A DNA stretch of 64,000 nucleotides from Cyanophyceae cyanobacterium (GCA_038321985.1 JBBQFN010000012.1:32001-96000), one strand, 5' to 3'. Shown: positions 30,826 through 40,861, counted from the first letter of the stretch. The notes: a model not told the origin generated them from the letters alone. A program made the numbers and translations.

Positions 30826-33800
30826 TCACTTCCATTCCCCCTGCAACGTAAACGCCGCCCAAAAATAGGGAGAGTTGCGATCGTCACTGGCCAACATCTC
30901 CAACTGAGCCTCCCGCAACGCTTGGGCTGGAGTTATCTGTTGTGAGAACACCTTTCCATAAAAACTCGACATCAACTCTGCCGTTGCTGCATCATCCACA
31001 TTCCATAAAGACACCACCAACCGAGGGGTTCCCGCATACATAAACCCCCGAGTCAAGCCCACCAACCCCTCACCGCGAATCGAATCTCCCAGTCCCGTTT
31101 GACAAGCCGAAAGCACCACCACCTGAGCATTCAACTGGAGATTAAAAATGTCATGCAGCCGGAAAAATCCATCCAACTCATTTCCCCGTTCATCCACCAG
31201 GGATAACACCAACCCCGAGAGTTCCGGCGCACTGCTACTCACAAACCCGTGAGTAGCAAAATGGACCATTTGATACTGACTTAAATCCGTATTCGCTACC
31301 GTAGCGCGAGAGGCATCAAAATCAAACGCCGACATCGCGCTACCCCCAGGCACTAACGCCAGAATCGCCTCCGCTTCCTGACGAGTCCCCGGCAGTGCCG
31401 GAATCGGACGCCCGATAATAGTATCCGCAGAACGGTTCACCATCATCCGCCCCAAATCCGATGCCTTCACCGCACTTTGTCCCGTCACCCGTTGGTCATT
31501 CAGTTCAAACACCGGGTCCGCAATCAACGCAACCGTTTTCGGGGCCAATTGCCGTCCCGCATCTTGTTCGCGCAGAATCCCTAACGTGGAGGAAGAAGGC
31601 AGATTAATAATTTCATGATTCACCAACAACGGCGTCAACTCCTCCCCACCTCCGGGAGTCGGTAAGGCGGCAAAGGGAATGAAATTCAACACGCCATCGG
31701 CAACCACTAACAAACGCTTAGAGGCTAATTTATCCGCAACCGGAGACAGCAACATCTGACTGAGTTGGGTAGCAGAGGCATTAATTTGGGGAAGGTTAGG
31801 AGACACCGTAATATTGCGACTCTCCCCTCGATAGTCGGGATTTTGCATCAGTTGATAAAATTGCTCTCCCAGTTCCTCAATTTCTGCCCGGGAGGGGAGT
31901 TCGTAAACCTCTACACTGTCCGGAGTCACCGCCCAGAGGAAACTACGGTCTTTGCCTAGGGAATATTGTAAGAGCAAAGTATCTTTGTCAAGAACCTGCT
32001 GCTGAACTTGTTCCGTAGTCAGGGGTTGAGGTTGAGTCAAAGCAGCGTATCGGGGGCTAGTTCGACGAATTTCCGCTCTTAATTCATCCAATTGCCGCAA
32101 CAAAGTATCGAGTTCTTGTTTGAGAGCATTAGCTTGTTCTGGGGTATGTTCCCCAGAAAGTAGCTCCATACGCCGAGATTCAGTAGCGTTGATCTGCTGC
32201 TGTAAATTACTTTCCTTCTCCCTCAGTTCAGGGTCAATGCCTGCGCGGATATCGGCATTTGCTTCAGCGAGAATTTCTAACAACGTGCGAGCGCGGGCGC
32301 GTTCGCTGGCATTAAAGGCTTGTTTGTGGTAGCCTTTATCTGGATTTTGCTGGTGCAGTTCCATCAGGAGGTCGATGTAGAATTCGTATTCATCTTGGTT
32401 TTGGGCAAAGTAAGACTGGCGCAGTTTTTCGCTATCGATTTTAGTGCGGAGGTCTTCGATAAGGGCGATGGCAGCTTCCATGTCGGTTAGCGCTTCGGTG
32501 AGATTGCCTTGACTGCGCTTGGTGAAAGCGAGATTGGTGAGGGTAATCGCTTCCCCTGCCTTATCCCCCACTTGCCTTCTCAGGAGCAAGGATTGGTTAT
32601 AGTAGTCTAGGGCGCTTTGCTTGTCTCCCAGGACGGAGTAAACCCCGCCAATATTGTTGAGGGTAGCCGCTTCCCCTGCCTTATCCCCCACTTGCCGAAA
32701 CAGGGGCAAGGAGTGGTTGTAGTAGTCTAAGGCGGTTTGCTTGTCTCCCAGAGCGGAGTAAACCCCGCCAATATTGGTGAGGGTACTCGCTTCCCCTGCC
32801 TTATCCCCCACTTGTCGAAACAGGGGCAAGGATTGGTTGTAGTAGTCTAGGGCGGTTTGCTTGTCTGCCAGGGCGTCGTAAACCGCGCCAATATTGGTGA
32901 GGGTACTCGCTTCCCCTGCCTTATCCCCCCCTTGCCGAGACAGGGGCAAGGATTGGTTGTAGTAGTCTAGGGCGGTTTGCTTGTCTCCCAGGGCGTCGTA
33001 AACCGCGCCAATATTGTTGAGGGTAGCCGCTTCCCCTGCTAGGTCCCCCACTTGCCGTCTCAGGGGCAAGGATTGGTTAAAGTAGTCTAGGGCCGTTTGC
33101 TTGTCTCCCAGGACGTCGTAAACCCGGCCAATATTGGAGAGGGTAACCGCTTCCCCTGCCTTATCCCCCACTTGCCGTCTCAGGGGCAAAGAGTGGTTGT
33201 AGTAGTCTAGGGCCGTTTGCGTGTCTCCCAGGTCGGAGTAAACTTTGCCAATATTGTTGAGGGTACTCGCTTCCCCTGCCTTATCTCCCACTTGCCGAAA
33301 CAGGGGCAAGGATTGGTTATAGTAGTCTAGAGCGGTTTGCTGGTCTCCCAAAACGTCGTAAATCCGGCCAATATTGTTGAGGGTACCCGCTTCGGTTACC
33401 TTATCCCCCAGTTGCCTAGACAGGGGCAAGGATTGGTTGTAGTAGTCAAGGGCCGTTTGCTTGTCTCCCAGGTCGGAGTAAACCTTGCCCATATTGTAGA
33501 GGGTAGTGGCTTCCCCGGCTTTATCCCCCAGTTGCCGAAATAGGGTTACAGATTGGTTGTAGTAATCTAGGGCGGTTTGCTGGTCTCCCAGGTCGTCGTA
33601 AACCAGACCAATATTGTTGAGGGTACCCGCTTCCCCTGCCTTATCCCCCACTTGCCGAGACAGGGGCAAGGATTGGTTGAAGTAGTCTAGGGCGGTTTGC
33701 TTGTCTCCAAGTAAGTTGGAAATACGACCCATTCCCAACAAGGTAAGTGCTTGCTTTGCGGCATCGCCTGCGGCTTGATACAGTGGGAGTGCGGCGTCCC

Positions 33801-34068
33801 ACTTTTGCAAGGCTTCTCGTAACGATTCTGCTGTCCCTTGTTGAAACAGTTGGAATCCTTCTAGGAACAATCGATCGCCCTCTGCACTACCCTCTTCACT
33901 GCCCTCTTCACTGCTACTATTCTGAGCAACCCAACTCTCTCCAATTCCGGTTAATCCTGATACCTTCTCCTGGGCTGAACTCACTGGGGCAACACTTGAC
34001 CCTAGTAACAAAGTTGCGGCTATAGCTAATCCTGGACGAGATAGATGTAACAACCGTTGATGCACCAT
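30826..34068 (-). CDS. TPR-repeat CHAT-domain protease with a predicted signal peptide
   Basis: Hydrophobic N-terminus ending VSSA/Q, ten 40-aa TPR units, SERARAR, catalytic VHFATHG and VLSACQTG, SLWNVDD, PYFWAAF. Confidence 0.93.
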   Translation of the reverse strand: MVHQRLLHLSRPGLAIAATLLLGSSVAPVSSAQEKVSGLTGIGESWVAQNSSSEEGSEEGSAEGDRLFLEGFQLFQQGTAESLREALQKWDAALPLYQAAGDAAKQALTLLGMGRISNLLGDKQTALDYFNQSLPLSRQVGDKAGEAGTLNNIGLVYDDLGDQQTALDYYNQSVTLFRQLGDKAGEATTLYNMGKVYSDLGDKQTALDYYNQSLPLSRQLGDKVTEAGTLNNIGRIYDVLGDQQTALDYYNQSLPLFRQVGDKAGEASTLNNIGKVYSDLGDTQTALDYYNHSLPLRRQVGDKAGEAVTLSNIGRVYDVLGDKQTALDYFNQSLPLRRQVGDLAGEAATLNNIGAVYDALGDKQTALDYYNQSLPLSRQGGDKAGEASTLTNIGAVYDALADKQTALDYYNQSLPLFRQVGDKAGEASTLTNIGGVYSALGDKQTALDYYNHSLPLFRQVGDKAGEAATLNNIGGVYSVLGDKQSALDYYNQSLLLRRQVGDKAGEAITLTNLAFTKRSQGNLTEALTDMEAAIALIEDLRTKIDSEKLRQSYFAQNQDEYEFYIDLLMELHQQNPDKGYHKQAFNASERARARTLLEILAEANADIRAGIDPELREKESNLQQQINATESRRMELLSGEHTPEQANALKQELDTLLRQLDELRAEIRRTSPRYAALTQPQPLTTEQVQQQVLDKDTLLLQYSLGKDRSFLWAVTPDSVEVYELPSRAEIEELGEQFYQLMQNPDYRGESRNITVSPNLPQINASATQLSQMLLSPVADKLASKRLLVVADGVLNFIPFAALPTPGGGEELTPLLVNHEIINLPSSSTLGILREQDAGRQLAPKTVALIADPVFELNDQRVTGQSAVKASDLGRMMVNRSADTIIGRPIPALPGTRQEAEAILALVPGGSAMSAFDFDASRATVANTDLSQYQMVHFATHGFVSSSAPELSGLVLSLVDERGNELDGFFRLHDIFNLQLNAQVVVLSACQTGLGDSIRGEGLVGLTRGFMYAGTPRLVVSLWNVDDAATAELMSSFYGKVFSQQITPAQALREAQLEMLASDDRNSPYFWAAFTLQGEWK
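32512..33711 (-). repeat. Ten tandem 120-bp coding repeats (40-aa TPR units)
   Basis: LGDKQTALDYYNQSLPLxRQVGDKAGEAxTLxNIGxVYxx ten times, near-identical at DNA level. Confidence 0.95.
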
Positions 34069-34649
34069 TGTTTTGTTTCCTAATTTTTGAGATGTTTTGA
34101 CAATTAATTCAGGATTAAAACCTTAAATTGGAAGGGGCCGATCGCTGTTTGACAGTCCCCCATTTTAAGTGAGATACCTTAACCCGAGTAAGGATGGAGG
34201 ATAGTAGTAGGTTTTGGGCATGGTGGAATGGAACCACTGATTTCACTGATTTTCACGGAGAGGATTTGATGATTTCGGTCTGAATTGTTGGAATTAAAGA
34301 TGAATTTTTTGCGTTAAGTTTGAGTGGATTGAGTTGTTAGTATTGGTTCCGGTGACTTTAGGGTTTTCACCACCCTAACATAGGGTTAGAGTTGAATTCT
34401 GTAAAATTTTATATTTTTTTAATGTTTTGAAAGGATTTTAGGAGAATTGAAGTGGGTTAAGGGACTTTATGGTGAAAATAGGGGCAGTCACGGCATGATA
34501 AGCTGAGAAATATTGGTCAATTCGGAAGAGGTCCTGCTTTGGGAAGGGGGAGAGTTGGAATTGGGTACTATTTCGAGTAAAATTGAGGGAATTTGGCCTA
34601 GGATACGACTGTCTGGAATTGTTTAGGAATTTTTAGAATAAGGGGTATT

Positions 34650-36851
34650 ATGAAACGTCGTTATTTTCTTCAGAGTGCCGGTGCGGCTTTAGCAGCTTTA
34701 GGATGGAGTCAATTAGAGGTTCAGCGGCAAGGGTTACGGTATGCTCAGGTTTTGGCGCAGGATACGCCGCGCAAGTTGGCGTTGTTGGTGGGAATTAATG
34801 ACTATTCTCAGGCGAAAGTGAGTTCGTTGCGGGGATGTATTACGGATGTAGAATTACAGCGAGAGTTGTTGATTCATCGGTTTGGATTTAATCCCCAAGA
34901 TATTTTAATGGTGACGGATGATACTGCAATAAAACCGACTCGGGCGGGGTTGATTGAGGCGGTGGAATCTCATTTAATTGCTCAGGCAAAACCGGGGGAT
35001 GTGGTGGTGTTGCATTTTTCGGGACATGGCGCACAGGTGGTTAATCCTTATAATCCGTTGGGGAATCCTCGGGAACGGTTGAATAGTACCTTTGTTCCCA
35101 GCGATCGCACGGCATTGGTTCAGGAAGGACAGGCGATGGTTTCTGATATTATGGGAGCGAGTTTGTTCCTGTGGATGTCGGCGATTAATACGGAAAATAT
35201 TACGGTAGTTTTAGATAGTTGTCACTCGGGGGGTGGCAAGCGGGGAAATTTGACGATTCGGGCAATTCCTGGCGGGGATTATCCCAGTTTGGAGGAACGG
35301 GAATATCATCAACAGTGGGTATCTAAGTTGGGAATTTCACCCGAAAAGTTTGTGGAGGACCGGCAAAAAGGAGTAGCGAAAGGGGTGGTGATTGCTTCAG
35401 CAGCAGATACGCAATTGGCGGCAGATGCACCGTTTGAGGGATTTTTTGCTGGGGCGTTTACTTATACTCTCACGCAGTATTTATGGCAGCAATCCGGCAG
35501 TCACACTGTTCAGACGGTGTTGGGGAATGTGGCACGCAGTACATCGGGGATTTCTTCGACTCAGCAAGTTCCGGAAATGGAGGTTAAACCGGGAAGCGGG
35601 AATGAATCGAAACCGACTTATTTTCTGCCGGTACAGTCCACTCCGGCAGAGGCGGTGATTACGGCAGTGAATGGCGATCGCCTGGAACTGTGGTTAGGCG
35701 GCATTGACCCGCAGTCGTTTACGGCGTTTAATAGCAATGCGGTGTTTACTGTGGCGACGGAGGCAGATGCAGGGGGATTGGTGCAAATTGAGTCACGGCA
35801 GGGGTTGGTGGCACAGGGGAAGGCGATCGCACCTTCAGCAGGAGTGAAACCCGGTGCGCTGTTGCAGGAACAGGCGCGGGCGATTCCTGAAAATCTCACC
35901 TTGCGGATTGGGTTGGATGAGTCGTTGGGGGGAGAGTTGGAGACAGCAAAACAGGCAGTTGATGCGGTGGAACGGATGGAAGCATTGCCGTTGGGGGAAA
36001 CAGAGGTGCATTATATTTTGGGACGGATGACGGAGGCGCTACATCAGGAAGTGAGGGAATCGGGAGAGAAAGAGGTTCCGGCAGTGGGGAGTTTGGGGTT
36101 ATATGGTGCGGGTTTGGATGTGATTCCGGGTTCGTTTGGGGTGATGGGTGAGTCGGTGGTTGCGGGGTGCGATCGCCTGAAAAGTAAGTTTCGGGCATTG
36201 TTGGCGGCGCGATTGGTGAAATTGACTTTGAATGCAGAATCCTCTCGGTTGGATGTATCTTTGGGATTGAAAATGTTGCAAGGGTCTCAGGCGCAGTTTG
36301 CTGGGACTGCTTTTACGACTCGGGGGGGGAGTGGGAGAACGACTGAAGTCGTGACACCGAACTTGGGAGGGGGGATTCCTCGGATTCCGGTGGGAGTTGA
36401 TGTGCAGTGTGAGGTGAGGAATGGGGAAAGTCAGGATTTATATGTGACTTTGTTGGTAATTACGACGACGGGGGAATTGGTGGTGGTTTTTCCGAATAGT
36501 TGGACGGCAGGGGTTGATGCAGCGTTGGTGAAGGCAGGGGAAACGCGGTTGATTCCCGAGAGTGGCGATCCGTTTAAGTTGACGATTTCACCGCCTTTGG
36601 GGACGGCAGAAATTTTGGCGATCGCCAGTCTGTCTCCTTTGCGGACTTCGTTGCAACAGTTACAACAAATTGCCGCAACCCGGGGAACGGGAGATGGGGT
36701 TTTAGGGTTAGCAGAAGAATCGGTTTCGGCAGTGGAAAATTTATGGGGAGATTTAAACCAAACTCGCAACTTTCCCTCATTTGACCCCCGTTCTCGGGTG
36801 GCTCAAACGGAGCAAATGGCAGCTTTATCGATTACGTTTAAAGTCGTATAA
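34650..36851 (+). CDS. Caspase-family (C14) protease with Tat-like signal and C-terminal DUF4384-like domain
   Basis: MKRRYFL, KLALLVGIN.Y, LRGCITDV, catalytic HFSGHG and DSCHSG, GAFTY.L. Confidence 0.9.
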   Translation: MKRRYFLQSAGAALAALGWSQLEVQRQGLRYAQVLAQDTPRKLALLVGINDYSQAKVSSLRGCITDVELQRELLIHRFGFNPQDILMVTDDTAIKPTRAGLIEAVESHLIAQAKPGDVVVLHFSGHGAQVVNPYNPLGNPRERLNSTFVPSDRTALVQEGQAMVSDIMGASLFLWMSAINTENITVVLDSCHSGGGKRGNLTIRAIPGGDYPSLEEREYHQQWVSKLGISPEKFVEDRQKGVAKGVVIASAADTQLAADAPFEGFFAGAFTYTLTQYLWQQSGSHTVQTVLGNVARSTSGISSTQQVPEMEVKPGSGNESKPTYFLPVQSTPAEAVITAVNGDRLELWLGGIDPQSFTAFNSNAVFTVATEADAGGLVQIESRQGLVAQGKAIAPSAGVKPGALLQEQARAIPENLTLRIGLDESLGGELETAKQAVDAVERMEALPLGETEVHYILGRMTEALHQEVRESGEKEVPAVGSLGLYGAGLDVIPGSFGVMGESVVAGCDRLKSKFRALLAARLVKLTLNAESSRLDVSLGLKMLQGSQAQFAGTAFTTRGGSGRTTEVVTPNLGGGIPRIPVGVDVQCEVRNGESQDLYVTLLVITTTGELVVVFPNSWTAGVDAALVKAGETRLIPESGDPFKLTISPPLGTAEILAIASLSPLRTSLQQLQQIAATRGTGDGVLGLAEESVSAVENLWGDLNQTRNFPSFDPRSRVAQTEQMAALSITFKVV

Positions 36852-37051
36852 AATTGAGTAATTTACTATTTATATTGCATTTATTTAAAAGAGGGGCGTA
36901 TGATGAATGCCTATTTTGTTTTTAACCCTACGAAAAACTCTCAATATTTTCTTAAAAATTTTACCCAAAGTAATACTTTTTTAGGGTTGGAACAGGTCCC
37001 CAAAAGGCTCTTTTCTACCAAGATTTATACCTTTAGCTATGAGATGGCAAG

Positions 37052-37306
37052 TTGAAGTTAAATGTAATTCAAGACTTTGGGTTTAACAATTCACTATTAG
37101 AATTGCTTGTCTTATCCGCCTGTCCCAGTGCCGTCGGTGATGAACAAGTCAAATTAGGGTTTGCTGTGCAAGCCGGTGCTAAAACTGCCCTAGCAATTGG
37201 AAATGACAGTAAGTTGGTCCTAGGAAATGGGCTAAAGATTGGACCCCCCTGGTTTACAGGGGGCGGGATATTTCATTCCAATTTCATAATTTACTGGCAC
37301 ACTTAA
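37052..37306 (+). pseudogene. Remnant of a CHAT-domain C-terminus
   Basis: LELLVLSAC..AVGDEQ..LGFAVQAGAKTALA matches the CHAT Cys region; the His motif and N-terminus are missing. Confidence 0.6.
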
Positions 37307-37653
37307 GAAGTATGAACAATAAAACTTATTTTAAAACTTGAGAGGATTTTATTCTGAGAACCCCCTGCGGTAACCCTACTCATAGCGGGGTTCGATAGTG
37401 TCGTTTTTCCCAAGGATTCTAGGGTCAAGAATGCCACCCATCGGGTTCAGTTACAGGCGCAGGAACCATCCCTGACACAGCACTTTTTCCACAGTTGGCT
37501 ATATCCCCTTTGCTCAATTCCCCTAGGAATTGCGCGAATTTGTAAATATTGGTAAGATCGATCTCCAGGATACTGAAGTATTTCCCCAGTTTTTGGGGAT
37601 GTTAGTTTAAATTATCGGCAACATTCTACTCCCGTTAGGCAGGATAAACAGTC

Positions 37654-38574
37654 ATGAATCGGTTAGTTATTGCAGTCGCGATCGCCTCTAGTTTATTTCT
37701 CATTCCCGGTTGTTACTCCCCCACCTCCGAGGCATCTTTAACTGAATCCTCGGAGGAAAAAGGGACGGAGTCTCCTCCCTCGGAGGGAATGGGGGCGGGA
37801 CATCATCAGAATCATCAGAATCATCACCCGGATTCTCATTCGGAACATTCCGGCGAGAGTAACGGGGGCAAACCTCAAAACCTGACTCAAGCCAAACTCA
37901 CGGTTGCCTCGGCGATCTCTGCCAATCAAGCTGCTTTTTTAGGGATTGATATTCAAGATAGTACAGGAAATCCAGTTTCTGACTTTGATATCGTTCATGA
38001 AAAAAAGATGCACTTAATTGTGGTGAGTGATGACCTCCAGTTCTTCTCTCATATCCATCCTATTCAGAATGAAACGGGACAATTTCAAGTAGAAAATACC
38101 TTTCCAAGTGGTGGAAATTATACCCTATTTGCCGATTACAAACCATCCGGGGATACCCAACGGGTTTCGGTGGTGAAAACTGCTGTAGTGGGGAACCCTC
38201 CGCCGCCTCAAGAGATGAATCTAAATCGCTTTCAAACCCTGGGTGATACGAAGGTGGGGTTGATGCTACCCACTGAGGCGATCGCGGCAGGTGAGTCCGT
38301 GACTCTTGCTTTCCATCTTGAAGATATCCAGACTCAAAAACCGGTCAGCAATTTACAGCCTTATTTGGGAGAAATGGGTCATTTAGTGATTGTTAAACAA
38401 TCTGCGTCTCCCAGGGAAGCCGATTATATTCATGCTCATCCGATGCCGAATATGTCCCCGGGTCATATTGAATTTATGACCCAGTTTCCAGAACCGGGAA
38501 ATTATAAAATGTGGGGAGAATTTAACCGAGATGGTGAAATAATTGCAGCGGAGTTCTGGGTAACAGTTCAGTAA
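37654..38574 (+). CDS. His-rich putative heavy-metal-binding lipoprotein
   Basis: Lipobox (PGC), His-rich linker, HEKKMHLIVV, HIHP, PYLGEMGHLV, HAHP. Confidence 0.8.
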   Translation: MNRLVIAVAIASSLFLIPGCYSPTSEASLTESSEEKGTESPPSEGMGAGHHQNHQNHHPDSHSEHSGESNGGKPQNLTQAKLTVASAISANQAAFLGIDIQDSTGNPVSDFDIVHEKKMHLIVVSDDLQFFSHIHPIQNETGQFQVENTFPSGGNYTLFADYKPSGDTQRVSVVKTAVVGNPPPPQEMNLNRFQTLGDTKVGLMLPTEAIAAGESVTLAFHLEDIQTQKPVSNLQPYLGEMGHLVIVKQSASPREADYIHAHPMPNMSPGHIEFMTQFPEPGNYKMWGEFNRDGEIIAAEFWVTVQ

Positions 38575-38601
38575 ATTAGAGCGGGTTTATTCTCTAAATT
38601 A

Positions 38602-38626
38602 AGGGACAGGTTACTGCCCTGTCCCT
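38602..38626. terminator. Hairpin between convergent genes
   Basis: AGGGACAGG-ttactgc-CCTGTCCCT. Confidence 0.55.
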
Positions 38627-38632
38627 AGGTTT

Positions 38633-39202
38633 TTATCTCAGGGTCGGGGGTAGCCAATCTGAATAATCGGCTAGGTGTCCCCAGTAGGACATATAGCCCG
38701 TAATGGCCCAAATTAAGCCGGCAACTGCGATCGCAACTGCACCAACTAAACGCAGGGTTGGGTTATTTCTTAGGTACAGGGAAGGGGTGGCTAAAACTCC
38801 TCCCAGTCCGGAAATAATAAATCCAATTCCCGAGAGTAAAGGTTGTCGGGTCATCTCTAAATTAATGATTCGTACTCCGACTACAATCGACGCTAAACCT
38901 GCAAAAAAGGCGTAAATGGTGACGGTACTTAAATCCCAACCCGCAGCTAGGGCGACTGCCGCGCCCATAAATACAATTCCAAATAATACAGACATTTCCC
39001 CATAGGCTACATTAAAACTGCCTCGAATCGGCCAAGTCCAAATCATATGTAACCCGGTAACTAAGGCGATCGCACCTGTCATTCCAAACCCGGGAATCCA
39101 CTGTTTTTGCCGGATATTATCTAATCCTTCATAAATGTAGTAAGCCAGCAAAAAGTGACCGGCTACTAAATTAATTAGCATTAAACTAATGTAATTGATC
39201 AT
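38633..39202 (-). CDS. DUF981-like membrane protein
   Basis: INY..LML, TWPIRGSFN.AYGE, GY..YWGH; six TM helices. Confidence 0.75.
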   Translation of the reverse strand: MINYISLMLINLVAGHFLLAYYIYEGLDNIRQKQWIPGFGMTGAIALVTGLHMIWTWPIRGSFNVAYGEMSVLFGIVFMGAAVALAAGWDLSTVTIYAFFAGLASIVVGVRIINLEMTRQPLLSGIGFIISGLGGVLATPSLYLRNNPTLRLVGAVAIAVAGLIWAITGYMSYWGHLADYSDWLPPTLR

Positions 39203-39327
39203 AATTGACCCTCTTTTGTTGGTGTTTAGAGTGGCAGGGTTTCATCCTACCCTAATTTGGGAATGAATGGGACACCGATAGAAATATTTCTCCCCAATGG
39301 CTGACTTTTGAGGAGAACCAAGTCGTT

Positions 39328-39936
39328 CTACCAATGGGGATGGCGCAACCAATTGTGAATTTTTTGGGGCCACAGCTTGGGACTTTCTGGCGATCGATAG
39401 TGAGTCTGGACCATTGATTGCCACAGGGGTAGTCCTCCAACTTTTGCACTCAACAACAGGTGAAAAGTGACTGCTAATCCCATGAGTATCCATGCTCCCA
39501 AATGCACGAAATACAAGGGCTGATTCATCTGTCCCTGGGGTAGCCAGTTTTCATCCTGAAACTTACCCGAAACCACCGCTAATCCGGCTGCTAATAATAT
39601 GGCTGTATTAGCAATTCGATGTAAGATATACCACCCACTAGGTTGGCCTACATTTTTTAGTTTTGAAAGAGAATTTTTTGCCATCAAACGCTTTCGTCCG
39701 AATCTCACACTATAAATAGCAAATCCGACGAAAATAAAAAACAGAACAAATCCAAATGTGCCATGAATATCAATCAGGTTTCGGTTAGCTTGGGAAAGGC
39801 CCATCCGCCCCCAGCGACCATCCCAACTATCATAAACCAAAAACCCGGTAATCCAAGCACCCAGCACTAAAATAGCATTGATACCGTGCAACAATCGCAG
39901 TACCAAGGGTTGATAAGGAATCGAACGAACACGCAT
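39328..39936 (-). CDS. Cytochrome b/b6-domain membrane protein
   Basis: PYQPL.LRLLHG, DIHGTFG, conserved His residues in TM helices. Confidence 0.8.
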   Translation of the reverse strand: MRVRSIPYQPLVLRLLHGINAILVLGAWITGFLVYDSWDGRWGRMGLSQANRNLIDIHGTFGFVLFFIFVGFAIYSVRFGRKRLMAKNSLSKLKNVGQPSGWYILHRIANTAILLAAGLAVVSGKFQDENWLPQGQMNQPLYFVHLGAWILMGLAVTFHLLLSAKVGGLPLWQSMVQTHYRSPESPKLWPQKIHNWLRHPHW

Positions 39937-40285
39937 GGTCAGATGTTGATAAAGTAATTTCCAATTTTACGACGTTCTTTCTCAATAAAGCGAGTCTAAC
40001 TGAACTAAATACTTATTTAATGGGGTAAAACTGCCTAATTTTCTGACTTCTGTAAGCAAATATTATCGGTCACTCTTTTAACTTTACTGGTTCTCGCTGG
40101 GAATCCTGGGAATTTCAAAAATGATTAAATAATGAAAATAGGGCGGCTATTTGACCCAAAATTCGGCGAAAATGCCCGAAAAACCGAAAATTATTTCATT
40201 TTCTTTTCACTATATTAGTTCTTGCCAAACTAGGCTAAAAATGATAAGGTTAAATGACTAGAATCATAGAAATTAGGCAAAAGCA

Positions 40286-40861
40286 GTGAGCTTTATCACG
40301 ATTTCCTTAATATCTTTAGGGTTGGCAATGGATGCCTTTGCGGTGGCGATTGGCAGTGGCATTGCACTCAAAAAAGTGAAGCTGCAAGATGCACTCTTGG
40401 TAGCCACTTTTTTTGGGGGATTCCAGTTTTTTATGCCCTTAATGGGATGGATAGCGGGGTTGGGGGTCCGCGAGACGATCGCCAGCTTTGACCATTGGAT
40501 CGCGTTTTTGCTCCTAGGGTTTATTGGGAGTAAAATGATTCATGAAGGGATTTATGAGGAAGAGGGCGTCGAGGAAGGGAAAGCCGCCAACCCCCGGAAT
40601 TTATATATTTTATTAGGATTAGCCATTGCTACGAGTATTGATGCTTTAGCGGTGGGGTTGAGTATTTCCCTATTACAAAGCTCAATTACCTCTTTAGCTG
40701 TTGTGATTGGAATTGTAACCTTTGTGTTATCCTTTGCTGGGGTTTATATCGGGAATCGGGTCGGTAGCTTTTGTGAAAAGCAAGTGACGATTCTAGGCGG
40801 CGTAATTTTAATCGGAATTGGATTCAAAATATTACTGGAAAATTTAATACTTCCGGGATAG
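40286..40861 (+). CDS. mntP: Manganese efflux pump
   Basis: GLAMDAFAV, DHWIAF, AIATSIDALAVG. Confidence 0.92.
   Translation: MSFITISLISLGLAMDAFAVAIGSGIALKKVKLQDALLVATFFGGFQFFMPLMGWIAGLGVRETIASFDHWIAFLLLGFIGSKMIHEGIYEEEGVEEGKAANPRNLYILLGLAIATSIDALAVGLSISLLQSSITSLAVVIGIVTFVLSFAGVYIGNRVGSFCEKQVTILGGVILIGIGFKILLENLILPG

Noticed and set aside
30826..34068. Craspase (type III-E Csx29) or DGR target
   Set aside because: No cas7-11, CRISPR array, reverse transcriptase or template repeat is present in the window
39937..40285. yybP-ykoY Mn riboswitch upstream of mntP
   Set aside because: No GGGGAGTAG/GAGACC-type conserved core is visible in this AT-rich gap
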